64,000 nucleotides of DNA from Bispira polyomma (Eukaryota): assembly GCA_965649765.1 (NCBI GenBank), contig OZ287759.1, forward strand, positions 11,966,001 through 12,030,000, given 5' to 3'. Positions within the stretch are counted from its first letter, which is position 1; every line of letters starts with the position of its first letter. Position numbers and translations under genes: made by a program. Shown here piece by piece: positions 52,501-62,930 of this stretch. The notes beneath the pieces were generated by a model. It saw nothing but the letters and a program-made list of their open reading frames with translations, searched no databases and was not told the DNA's origin.

Positions 52501-52882
52501 ATGAACCAACATTATATTAATGTATTCCATCCTACAAATTATAAAAAAAAGTATATATATACATATATATCAGAACTATATTCCAACTTTATCACACAAT
52601 TAGGTGGGTATATTTTTCAGTTTTAATAACCCTGTATGTAATTATTTTATTACTGCACCCTTTATGCACACACAGGGCTCCTCACACCAGAATTACTTCT
52701 TACTTCTGGGTGTGGACACTTTGGCCCCGGATGTCTTCTCCTGTGCTGATGAGGTCTCTGCGTTTCTGTCTCCGCACACAAACTGGGTGCTGCCTATCCT
52801 GCCCCCAGTGTCGGGATGTCCAAATGTGGAGTTTGACCCAGAAGTCTTTAATGAGGATGGTCAAGAATGGTTCTGTGTGTGA
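40518..52882 (+). CDS. Secreted IgGFc-binding-domain protein, paralogue C (~755 aa)
   Basis: Exons 40518-40551, 43477-43509, 45249-46499, 46641-46804, 47871-47969, 48802-49021, 50195-50352, 52070-52171, 52676-52882. Same phases as A/B and identical sizes for exons 2, 5, 6 and 8 (33, 99, 220, 102 nt). Signal peptide MNSMGALKLICLILLTVAG; AATAAA at 52929. Exon 1 is the least certain. Confidence 0.83.
41420..42640 (+). mobile_element. Helentron-type non-autonomous element (HINE/DINE-like) with internal ~135-bp repeats
   Basis: 17-bp subterminal inverted repeat GCATATTTGTATCCACC (41420) / GGTGGATACAAATATGC (42427), 3' hairpin, CTAG-TT end, and repeated TTTGACC...CAAGGTCAAA units. Confidence 0.75.
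42463..42621 (+). mobile_element. tRNA-derived SINE (family 2) inserted at the HINE 3' end
   Basis: A box TGGCCGAGTGG, B box GGTTCG..TCC, and an imperfect TSD ..GATGCGCT. Confidence 0.75.
42870..43081 (-). mobile_element. tRNA-derived SINE (family 3)
   Basis: TSD TTAAAAACAGTGA; related plus-strand copies at ~43160-43340 and 48550-48790. Confidence 0.75.
44296..44729 (-). mobile_element. SINE family 1 carrying a 190-bp templated insertion
   Basis: 13-bp TSD AGCATTCTTTTAG; the body matches the 10558 and 47514 copies. Confidence 0.88.
47170..47880 (+). repeat. ~63-bp minisatellite whose last unit contains the exon-5 acceptor (gene C)
   Basis: Units GGGTTCTTGTTT.CATTAAGG(T/C)CAATGGTGTCACTCCTTACACACTGTG...; the last reads GGGTTCTTGTTTATCTTTAG|GTCAATGGA. 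Confidence 0.85.
47514..47763 (+). mobile_element. SINE family 1, full length
   Basis: A box TGGCCTAGTGG, B box GAGTTCGAATCC, 14-bp TSD TTCCACACTGTGTA. Confidence 0.9.
48550..48790 (+). mobile_element. SINE family 3 immediately upstream of gene C exon 6
   Basis: GGGCCGCGGTGGCTTAGTGGTTAG head; body similar to 42870-43081. Confidence 0.7.
50331..50570 (+). repeat. 32-bp minisatellite spanning the exon-7 donor (gene C)
   Basis: Same unit type as in genes A and B (TGACCAGAGTACCTTGTAATAGGTA.GTACAA). Confidence 0.8.
51140..52005. repeat. ~60-bp minisatellite in gene C intron 7
   Basis: Unit AAGGGGTTAAATCAGGCAGCAGTTAGAAATAGC(A/T)GACCTATAAGACAGAAATA, ~14 copies. Confidence 0.92.
52280..52636 (+). 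mobile_element. Tc1/mariner 3' remnant
   Basis: Reads MPQRMAAIMQARGFCTKY* (Tc1 C-terminal signature), with a terminus-like ...ACCCTG|TA. Confidence 0.65.
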
Positions 52883-55614
52883 GTGTATCCTCGCCAGCCT
52901 GTAAACCATAGATACCTCCTAACATGGGAATAAAGTCTTTAACATGTACTTTGTATTTTTACTCAATCTGGGGAGAGACACTTTAGTAATGTCCCTGTTT
53001 TGTATTGTACGATTTTGTATTATTATACATGTATCTTAAATGCGCTTCATTGATGCAAGGCATCTTCTAAAGTTCAAAGACCAAATCACGTGTCCTACAA
53101 CATAGCCCAGGCCATTATCAGCGGGCAGTGGCGTGTACGCATCTTTGCCCAAGCGCCATGCTATCCCACTCAATGAACATGAGCAGGTGTCGAGCCAAAG
53201 ACCTTCTGATTACCAGACCTACTCTTCAACCACAGGAGACCACATGCAAGGTGTGGCCAGGGTTCCGCCCACATATATATGCGGATAAACCATTTCTATT
53301 ACACAAGCCCATTAAAAAATGGCGTAATTTTCAAACGGTGGTGTCGTTTGATTAAATGTTTTGAGGTGTTTGAGTGGTGCATTTCCAAGTCATTACTAAG
53401 TAGACACAAGTTTTCTAATGGGTAATTACATATATCTATTTTATCTCGAAGGACACACATGAATTTTTCAGTGTATTTAAGTTAGCCTAAAGCTTTTAAC
53501 ATTAATTTTTGTCACTTTGATTCAAATGATTATCTTCTGACACACTCCACAGTTACTATCTCTTTTTACAGATCCAGTGAGGACATTATCTAACATATTA
53601 GAATAATCCTATAATGATATCAATATGTTTCATGCACATATGGTTTCCAAACAAGAAACAGTTACCCAAGGCTAAAATTACCAGCATTTAAGTGTTAAAC
53701 AAATATCAGTTGACCAGATCCTAAGTTTAATACACTGCTCTATATGATATGTCTTATTTATTATAACAGATTCTATAAAACTATTATCCATGTTTTCACA
53801 GCCAAAACACAATGAAATTTCTGGAATATTGTATCAATCAGGGCCTATATGGAAAACTAAATAATGTGGTTTTCCATCAGTTGTTGCTTTAACATTCTGT
53901 AGATTGCATACATTACATCTGTGCAGACATATGAAAACTTCAATTAGTTCTAAACATTCAAAAGACTTTAGTGGATCATACTGTATATCACTCCATTTTG
54001 TTTTAGTTACTCAACACGCATTAGGGTACTACTGTAAATGAATTGCTAGCTGGGTATGTTACATTTATTTTCAAGGGTATTGCTATTATCATTGAAAGTG
54101 GCATTGTACAGAGGCTATGAATACGAATATTTGATTCTTGTAACATCTCACAGTTTTGCCAGTTATCTAGCAAATAACTCCAATCTTGTAGAATATGACC
54201 ATCCTTAGCGGTCAGTAAAGACTTTTGCATGTACAGGTTGATCATTTTACAAAACCTTAGTTATCACTTTAATTGGTTATATTAGTCAACTGGCCAGGCA
54301 ATATTCTTCTGTGATCATGCCTTTACAAGACAAACTAGGGTTGACGGTGCATTCGGATGGTTATTGGTTGGAATAGATGAACAACTGCAAAATGTTCAAA
54401 ACCCATGAATGGTCGCCTCGTTTTTTGCTCAAAGATGATCACGGTTATTTTCTAAGCTAGAGCTCAAACAAAATCAAAATGCATTATAACTGATTTTAAA
54501 CACAAAAAAAATTGAATGTAATTGTGTCCTGTTTAGTTGTGGATCCTTTAAAATTTTAGCTTTCAAGGAGACCTGGATAGATACCAATTACACAAATATA
54601 TAAATGTGTCCATGTTTGAAGGTGTTTTTGCAACATTTCTTTCAAAAACTGTTATCACTACCATTAACAAAAAGCCTGCACAAGACAAGGAAGGACCTAA
54701 AAATTTTCAATCAGTTTCAAACCTTCAACTGAGTCAGATTTGTTGCATCTTTAAAATAATATAGGCTAGCCATGGTTATACATCTGTCCTGGTACACATA
54801 GCTTTACATATCTCTTACCCCCAAAGTTTAAGTATATCAATGGATACTTAAAACAAATGTCTCGCCAACCTTAAATCCTGGATGTTCTTAAACAGGCTAA
54901 AGTTAAAACTAACACAAAGTGTCTCAATCCAACCAACACAGTTCAGAATTTTGGAGTTGTTTTCGACTCCAGTTCCATGTGTACCAGTGAAGTAGGGTCA
55001 GGGTCAGATAGAGCTTAAATTGAGTAACACTGTCATATGCGGTTCAATATTTGTTCTACTGTTTGTACGGTAATTTGAGGTTTTTATGGTAACTTAAGGT
55101 TACCATAACTTAATGGCAACTTAAGGTTACCATAAATTAATTGACTTTACGGGGGGACTTAAGGTCCCCGAAATGAATAATTTTATTTAAGTAGTTCTAC
55201 ATATAGACAGTTGACATTAAGTTAACTTTCAAAGAACACAATAATAATTTCCTTTAACTAGTTATATATATACATGGATAGAAAGTTGAAATTAATTCAA
55301 CTTTCAAAGAACACAAGCCACAAGATTAAATTTGTTACTGATAACGCAAGCAACATTACAAGTGACAATACTTAATTTTTTAACTTTAGAACACAAGCAA
55401 CAAGATTTAATTTTCAACTGAGAACGCAAGCAACAATACAAGCGACAAGGTTCAATTTATAACTGAGAACACAAGCAACAACATTTCAGTTTTAACAAAA
55501 CTTGTTAATTGTATGAAAGGATATACTGGATACCCGGATAGGTGTATGCCTATCCCACTAACTAGAAGCACCCAAACCCCAATAGTGTAGAAGAAAAAGG
55601 GGAAAGGTGGCACC

Positions 55615-56724
55615 TTATAGGTGCTGCTTGAAAGTATTAGCTACCTGCTGACCGGCATCAACAGAATCGGTGACATACCGCCATACATAGTCGGACGTCC
55701 AGGTGCCATGTTTCTGGATGTTCTGTATACTGACATTGTGATTGAAAGCAAAGGTGGCACCTGATCGTCGGAAGGCATGGAAGGCAAGTCCTGAGTGTTG
55801 CAGGCCTAATTTTGTAAGAACAATTTTGAAATGACCTCGGACCCTGGTGTCAGTGAGCGGAAGCCATGTCTGATTCAGTTTGTATTGGAACAAGGGTGAG
55901 TTGTTGCCCGGAGGTGTTATAGCTAAAGCACTCCCACTTCCTTCCTTACGACTTTGCAATTTCCACGGACTTAATGATTGAACTAATGATTCTGCTGTTG
56001 CGCTTTAGAAGATGCCTAGCATCAATAAAGCGCGTTAAAAATCCATAATAATAATAATAAAAAGCAGCCCGCAAGGCCCTGACAGGGCACAAGGGGGAAT
56101 CCGGTAGCTGAGGAATTGTGAGTAATTTAATGTTTTTGTGATTTTGCATGGTCTTAGACCATTTGACCAGAATGATTGCTTTTCCTGGGTGAAACATAAC
56201 ATCAGCCCGAGCTAGGTGTTTTAAGGCTGAAAATTGTGAGGCCGTATGTGGTACCAGGTTTGAAAGCCTTAGAAATGAAAAGAAACTAAGCAGATAGACT
56301 GCTTTCAACACTTGACCCATGTAGGTAGTATTACAGATAGACACAATATTTTTTAGAGTACTGACATCAATGACCTTCTTGAGTTTGACATGCAATGGTG
56401 CGGCCAATAGGGCAGCCTTCTGATAGTAGGCTATCCTGGGATCACTAAAAGCCTGTACTGGCACATTATGGATGATTGAGTTGGCCTTAATGGCCGACAG
56501 GTAGTTAGCCATTTGGGCTGGTTTGACTGAGTTATAGTGTAGCAATTCTAGAAAGGATAAGAGGTCAACCACTGTGACCTTGGCAAGGGGTTGGTCAATG
56601 AAGTCAGTAAAGGCCACAAATATCCTGTACATGGCATTATAAGCCCTGGTAGTGGAGCTACAGAAGGCTAGAGGTAGCTTTTTGGAGGCGTTGGTGAACA
56701 GCAACCGCTGGACTGGGGTGACAT
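55615..56724 (-). pseudogene. Tyrosine recombinase of element 2, interrupted by a 130-bp L2 tail
   Basis: FLRLSNL, WSKT, LCPV, FHAFRRSGA, HGTW, WRY; insertion 55931-56060 with TSD AAAGCA. Confidence 0.9.
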
Positions 56725-56757
56725 CTGAAATACATTACACGACAGGGATACTTTACT

Positions 56758-58694
56758 TTATATCTGGTCATTTACTTGTAAGTAATCCTGGTTGACATGG
56801 CACCACTGAGTGTGGCCCACCAGGTTATGTAATTGGGCATGATTTTGAGGGGTATCTGACCAACGTGATAACAGGTCAGCCACCCTGTTATTTTCACGTA
56901 ATATGTGGATAACCTTAAGGTCAACATCGTGTTGACTTGCTAGCATGAAAATGTTGCGGGCGTATAACGCTAGAACACTGTCTCTTGTTCTACCAGTGGT
57001 TAAAACACTGACCACTGCCTGGTTATCACATTTTATTAGTATTCTTTGGGCATGCCACATAGTTGAAGAGCCACAAAAATGTTTAGCATTTCCAGAGAAG
57101 CAATATTTTGAGATTGTAGTTCAGTTGGTATAACCAGGGTGTACACTTGGTTGGCATATATCCCCCCCATGCCCGTTAAGCAGGCATCCAGTTCTACCAT
57201 AGCTGTGGTGGGTTTATGATAGAAGAAGGATACGCCATTGAATTTTTCGAGAAATAGTCTGAACCATTGTAAATCCTTATAAAATTCAGGACCTATGGTG
57301 AATGTTTTACTATGAGTATTGCTTCTGAGGAGTTGCAACATCTTGTTGAGGAAGAACCGGGCATACCTGACACATTTAGAGACATACAATAAGGAACCAA
57401 GGAGGGATTGGAGCTCTGTTTTGGTACACCATTTTTTATTAACCCATTGCTGGCATATAGTTTTGATGGATTTTAATTTGTCCTCAGGTATGGAGGTGGT
57501 GAAGTCCATAGTATCTACCACAATACCCAGGCATATAACCCTGGTATGTGGAGGTACTAACTTCTTCTGGCTAAGGGTTAACCCTAATTCGGACAACAAG
57601 GCCTGTAAACGTTCATATGTGTGGAATATTTTGCTGGGAACTGAGCAACATAAGAGGTCATCAATGTAGTTCAAGATAGTGTGACCTTCACCTTGCATGA
57701 TGAACCTAATGGCATCTGAAAGTCTCTGAAAAATGGCAGACCCATGTTTGTAACCAAAAGGTAAGGAGCCGTCTATGTAGTAGCCCTTCCAAAAGAGGCC
57801 CAGTAAATCTATATCCCCAGGGTCTATGGTGATGTGTCGGAAAGCCCTGCTTACATCTGCCTTAAAAATAAAAGATCCCCTTCCCATTTGTAGTACTTGG
57901 TTGGTTATGGTATCTATGGAGGGGTAAGTAAGTACGAAATTTTTATTCAAATAAGCAGATGGGGAGACAGCTGAATTTACAGACTCACCCACAGGCCAGC
58001 TGAGGTCAATTATGACCCTCCTGTTATTCGAACTTGACTTATCTCTGGTCATAAAGGGAGAAGTATGTAAGTCAGTAATAGGGGGTTTATCATAAGGGCC
58101 ATATATGGCCCCCATCTCACATTCCTCCTTGAGGTAGTGGTCCACATGGCTGGGGTACTGCCTAGCTGAAAGGTGGTTAATTTGGTCTGACTTGGCCTTA
58201 AGTTCCCTATTATAGTCAAGGGGAAACCCAAACTTAATTAGCAGAGGGAGTTCCCAGTCCCAGTATTGTTTGAGATATGTCCCCCATACTTCATAATTCA
58301 GTTGTGACTTAACAGGTACTTGTAATCCTTTGTAGTTATGACGGCCATCTTGTCTGAGGTCTCTGTGGAGGTGAAAAATATCTGAGTATAAGGATTGGTC
58401 ATTGGAGTGGTCAGTAATTATTTCCCCCATTTCACTAAGAGGAATAACACCGAATTTTAATTTATTTTGACTGTCCCACAATTTGTAAGTACTACAGTGA
58501 GAGGCATCACGAACGGGCTGTGTGTTATTTTTAACACTATATAAGTCAGAAGTATATTTGTCTGGCTGTATAGTATCAGAGTTCTCTGTCTTAAATACAC
58601 TGTCTCCTTCAATCGCCATTGGTGAGTTACTTGGACCTCTCCCTATACATTCTGTTTCTAGAGACGGCACGGGGTGTGTTTTATTATTTCCCAC
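56758..58694 (-). pseudogene. RT + RNase H of element 2 (one frameshift near 57060)
   Basis: RVIIDLSW, KADVSRAFR, LPFG, YIDD, DAC, E.LN, CDN..V, NRVADLLSR. Confidence 0.9.
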
Positions 58695-59521
58695 ACTGTG
58701 TTAGTCGCGGGTATATTTGTCTGGCTGTATACTATTAGAATACTCTGCAGTACACCCACTGTGTACTTCAATCCCCGTTTGTGAGTTAATTGACCCCATC
58801 CCCATAATTTCTGTTTCTAGAGACAGCTCCACACAGCATGGATAGTGTGGTTTTAAAATACTGAATGTACTAGCTGTGGGATGGGGGGAACACCCCCCTT
58901 TCTCTCATTCGGTAAGTTAACTGGCCTCGTGTTTAGCTTTTGTAAAAAGCGTGGGGATTGTGGTTTTAAAGTAATAGATATACTAACAGTGAGAGGGGGG
59001 TGATTGCCCTCCCTGTCTTCTATTTGCTTGTATGTGCTGACAACATCCCCAGACATATCAATTGCACTCTGTAACACTGCAAACCTATTACAGAGAGGGA
59101 GGGGACGAACTCCCCCCTTTCCTTTTATATGTGGAGGCGGCCCCAGCCAGCATGTCGATTGCTGTTTGTAAGTATGATTCACTGGGGACAATGGATCGAC
59201 TGTACTAACTGGGGCCCTCTCCTCGACTGTGTGCTTTTTGGGAGAACAGATAAAAGGTTTATTACCTGGGGAACTTAATAAAGCAACGTTTTTTTATTAA
59301 ATCTTTGCTGGTATTCTTATTTTTTGGACAATTTATTTTACTTTGTCTCCCAAAATTGCCCACAGTCGCATTATTAAGACACTGATATACACATGCATAA
59401 TTGGAGTGGTCATTCAACAACTTATAACCTTTAAAACTTGAGTTGTACACGTATTTAGTCCTAAAACAACATTAAATTTTTTCCTTTTTCTGAATTTTCA
59501 CTGCATTTTTGCAGTGAATAC

Positions 59522-60523
59522 CTAGTTTTTTGTAGCTGATCTTTTGACACACAATTTCGTTTGGTGAGAACCCTCACAGGTCTCACATACATGTTTAAAT
59601 AGCTGGCCAGCTGTTCTATGGCTAGGGGTAAATTTGCAAGTTCCTTCTTGAAAAAATCTGCAAGTTACCCCTTGGTTTTTGACTTGAGATTTGCTTCCTT
59701 TAGAAGATCCCGAAGTGCTGGGAGCGTTCGCGGCCGCAAGAATGTGTCGCTGGGCATGGGCTCGGTGGATTCTGTCCACCTTGTCCACGTCTGTCCATTT
59801 TAGCCGATCTAACTCCATATTAGTGAGTAGGATTGCGTGGGATGCTTTCGCAGCGTCCCACGAGAAGTCGTGGGCATCATCCATTAGGTTGACTAGGTAG
59901 TCTAGCATCGCCTCGCGCGTTTCCGTCGATTTCTGTTCCTGAACACACCGAATGAAGCCGGCCGTGAACTGCACCAAAGACAGATCATCATATGTAGGCC
60001 TAACTTTTTTATTGCCAGTCAAAACAAAGTTCTGTGGCCAATCTACGCTCTTTTTAATTGGAATATCAGTCCCCCCTCCCCTCTGTGACTTAAGTTTACC
60101 TGAGTTGGTCAATTCGTTCAATTGCTGAAGTTGTAGCAATCTCTGGTCCACTTGGAGTTGAAGGGCTGAGTTCGAGCACAGGTAATCCAGCGTGGGTATA
60201 ATGGGCTCTGCCTCACTAGAACTGCTAGGGTTAATTGGTGTTGAAGTAGTTTCAATTACCTTTGAAGTCCTGGGGACACACAGCGCTGCCTCCGTGACAC
60301 GAACGCGCTCTTCCATGCTGTCCATCTTCTGGTTAATTGCCTGGAGTTGTAGTAGGACCTGATTGGTTATTAAGGTGTCATTAGTGGCCACAGCATGGTC
60401 CACTTCTTCGGCGACAGGAGGTACCACATGCGCTGGCCTTTGTCCTCGAACACAATTTTTCCCCACTGGGCGTTCGTGAGCCCCTGCACATTTTTTACAG
60501 TTGTATTTCTTTCCTTTAGGCAT
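59522..60523 (-). CDS. Gag-like protein of element 2
   Basis: MPKGKKYNCKKCAGAHERPVGKNC N-terminal finger, coiled-coil, C-terminal C..F...C....H....HVC..C...H....C; homologous to the element 1 gag (W(P)..F/Y, W..AK..H.(I/V)LL..ME). Confidence 0.85.
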   Translation of the reverse strand: MPKGKKYNCKKCAGAHERPVGKNCVRGQRPAHVVPPVAEEVDHAVATNDTLITNQVLLQLQAINQKMDSMEERVRVTEAALCVPRTSKVIETTSTPINPSSSSEAEPIIPTLDYLCSNSALQLQVDQRLLQLQQLNELTNSGKLKSQRGGGTDIPIKKSVDWPQNFVLTGNKKVRPTYDDLSLVQFTAGFIRCVQEQKSTETREAMLDYLVNLMDDAHDFSWDAAKASHAILLTNMELDRLKWTDVDKVDRIHRAHAQRHILAAANAPSTSGSSKGSKSQVKNQGVTCRFFQEGTCKFTPSHRTAGQLFKHVCETCEGSHQTKLCVKRSATKN

Positions 60524-61616
60524 GATGAGGTATATTGTTTTGAATTTATTATTGTTCTTTTTTATTTTTAAATTTCGTAGGGTAGAAACACACAAAAATC
60601 CCCAAACTTGTAAAAATACTTTATCCTCTTAACAAAATTTTCAATAATGGCGCTCATACAGGCGCCAATGCTTTATATACTTGCACCCATGACCCCTAGT
60701 GGTTTTATTTTAACCACATGAGACTGGTACCAGAACTGAGAGTGGTGCTGCTAAGGCATCACCCCACCAAAATCTTTCTTTTCTATCGAAATCTTTTTTC
60801 CGCCATGTGTACATGCTATGCAAAAGTGCATGGTAGCATATGTGCATGATTGATGTGAACTCTACATTCAACTTGATAAAATGCACTGCTGACCAATACG
60901 CTTGACTACTGTAATTCCCTTCTCATTGGCCTTTCTAGCTTTTTGGCCTTTAACACACTCCATTAAAACACTCCTTTTGCTAAATAGTCACTACTGATTT
61001 TGCACACAAAATGCACCTCCCGACCTACAAAACAATAAACTTTGGAGTTCATTCAGATAGTCCCAGAGCCAGCACACTTTTATTAACCCTGGAATGGCCA
61101 AATCTGCGCTTGGTTGTATTTTAGAGTAAATTTAGTGCTGAATTCAAAAATGGCCGTCTTACCAAAATCAAGTTTGAACTTTCTTCAAAATTTTGATTTA
61201 AAAGAGGGTACCATCTGTCCCATAAAAAGCCCCCAGAATTTCTAATTATTGATTATTTCATAACTTTGTTACTGTACTTCAGATTAAATCTCATTAATGT
61301 CACTTTCTTTTGTTACTTTAGATTTATAAAGCTTTTCAGCATCGTTTAGTGGCAAAAAGTTCCAATATGGCGGCCATTTTGATATTCCAGATGGTCGCCA
61401 TATATAAAAAGACAAAATTTACATTCTGTGATACTTAGATCATCTTAAACTGAATTAATGTGCTCAAAATGAATATTAATTAATTCAAATCACAAATCCT
61501 TCAAAATTTACATTCTGTGTTAATTGAATCATCTTAAACTAAATTAATGTGCCGACAATGGATAATATTTAATTCAAGTCACAAATCCTTCAGACAACAC
61601 ACGTAATGGTTAAAAT

Positions 61617-61969
61617 TAGGGGTGAGACAGGGGTCCCGGTTTATTACGGGCCGAAATTGCTATTCGAGGACTCGAAAACGTATACGTTTTATAGTAAAAA
61701 TCTGTCATTATCGCCTATAATCCTAATTCACTTCGCGAAAACAATAACTTTGGTCTAATTTCTGCTCCCAACATACATTTTCGTTCTAATTTCTAATATT
61801 CCCCCAGATATTTGCCTTTATTTTTCGATAGATTTTGTTTACATTTGCCGCCATTTTGTTAGACTGGTTTCTAGGATTGGTGCATACTAAATTCGCGGGT
61901 ACCCGGTTTCGGACCGGTTAGACGCTAGCGATTATTCGGGCCGTTTTTTTAGGGCCCGTCTCACCCCTA
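61617..61969. mobile_element. hAT-type MITE
   Basis: TIRs TAGGGGTGAGAC / GTCTCACCCCTA with an 8-bp TSD GTTAAAAT. Confidence 0.88.
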
Positions 61970-62329
61970 GTTAAAATTGGTTTAAATGACAAGTACCGTA
62001 AATTAGTTGGGGTTTTAAACAAACTTTATGACAGAATTACAATTCTACATATTACGTTTTATATTGGATGTGGAAGTTATTAAAGTGCTGATGTAGCAAA
62101 ACTACATATTATGATGTATACTACCAACAATGGTCATGTGCTGTACAAAGTTTTTTTTACATATTTCCCGGTTCCACTGTTTGTCAATTGTTTGTTTCAT
62201 ATTAAAAAGAGTTTCTAGTAAAATGAATTTAATTGATCATTCATTAGATGATTCTCAGCCTTCTCCATCAATATCAAACATATCACTATCATAAAGTCTT
62301 TCCAAGAAACGCTGTGCACCACTGTGTTA

Positions 62330-62930
62330 TCGTTATAATCACTGTCATTTGCATGCTCATTAAATGTATCCAATTAAGATACTGGCCAAAGACTGGGGCA
62401 TGTGATCGCCAGCATACCAGTTTATAGTGTAACAATCATCCTGCAAATTTAAGCCACTTTTTATAGGACTACACAAAGTGGGAGATCGCAAAAGTCACAT
62501 TTTCCATATAAAAAAAAACATAATTTACTCTCTTTATTTTGTTTTTAGGCAAGAGTTGGCTAGGGGCAATGCACTAAGATTAAGTCCCTTAATTTTTTCA
62601 AGATGGTTTGTGTAACTGTGTGGTACATATTTATCTTTAACATCAAATATCTGACGATAGATGAAGATTTCTTGGGATACCCCTATGGAGCACATACAAA
62701 TGCTTGAACTGCTTTCATACATTCTTGGTAAACCTCATGGCTATTTCCCAATATGGACAACTATTGTGTATGTTCTGTTGTCTTGAGCAAAAGCTTTAAG
62801 GGTTGCACTTTGTCTTTATTCATGAAGGCAGCAGTATAGTCACAGCCTGACAATGAGTGCAAATTAGGAAGGGCACAAACTTGTGATGTTTCTAATTCAT
62901 CCAACAGCCAAGACACATTAATATATCACC
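62330..62930 (-). mobile_element. Academ-type transposase remnant (XPG-like C-terminal region)
   Basis: Minus strand reads VCALPNLHSLSGCDYTAAFMNKDKVQPLKLL ... IKGLNLSALP; broken frames. Confidence 0.65.

Larger units (their letters stand above)
55080..60800 (-). mobile_element. Near-intact tyrosine-recombinase retrotransposon (Ngaro/DIRS group), element 2; ends approximate
   Basis: Order gag, RT/RNase H, YR with no methyltransferase seen; TATA-like TATATAAA at ~60672-60679 on the minus strand. Confidence 0.93.

Noticed and set aside
53900-54450. Possible coding remnant (ORF 54021-54245)
   Set aside because: No recognisable motif or splice structure.
14600-60800. Two convergent YR elements flanking the gene cluster as a composite transposon or invertible cassette
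   Set aside because: They are divergent families with no shared terminal sequence that I could find; element 1 lies inside duplication copy A and is heavily decayed.
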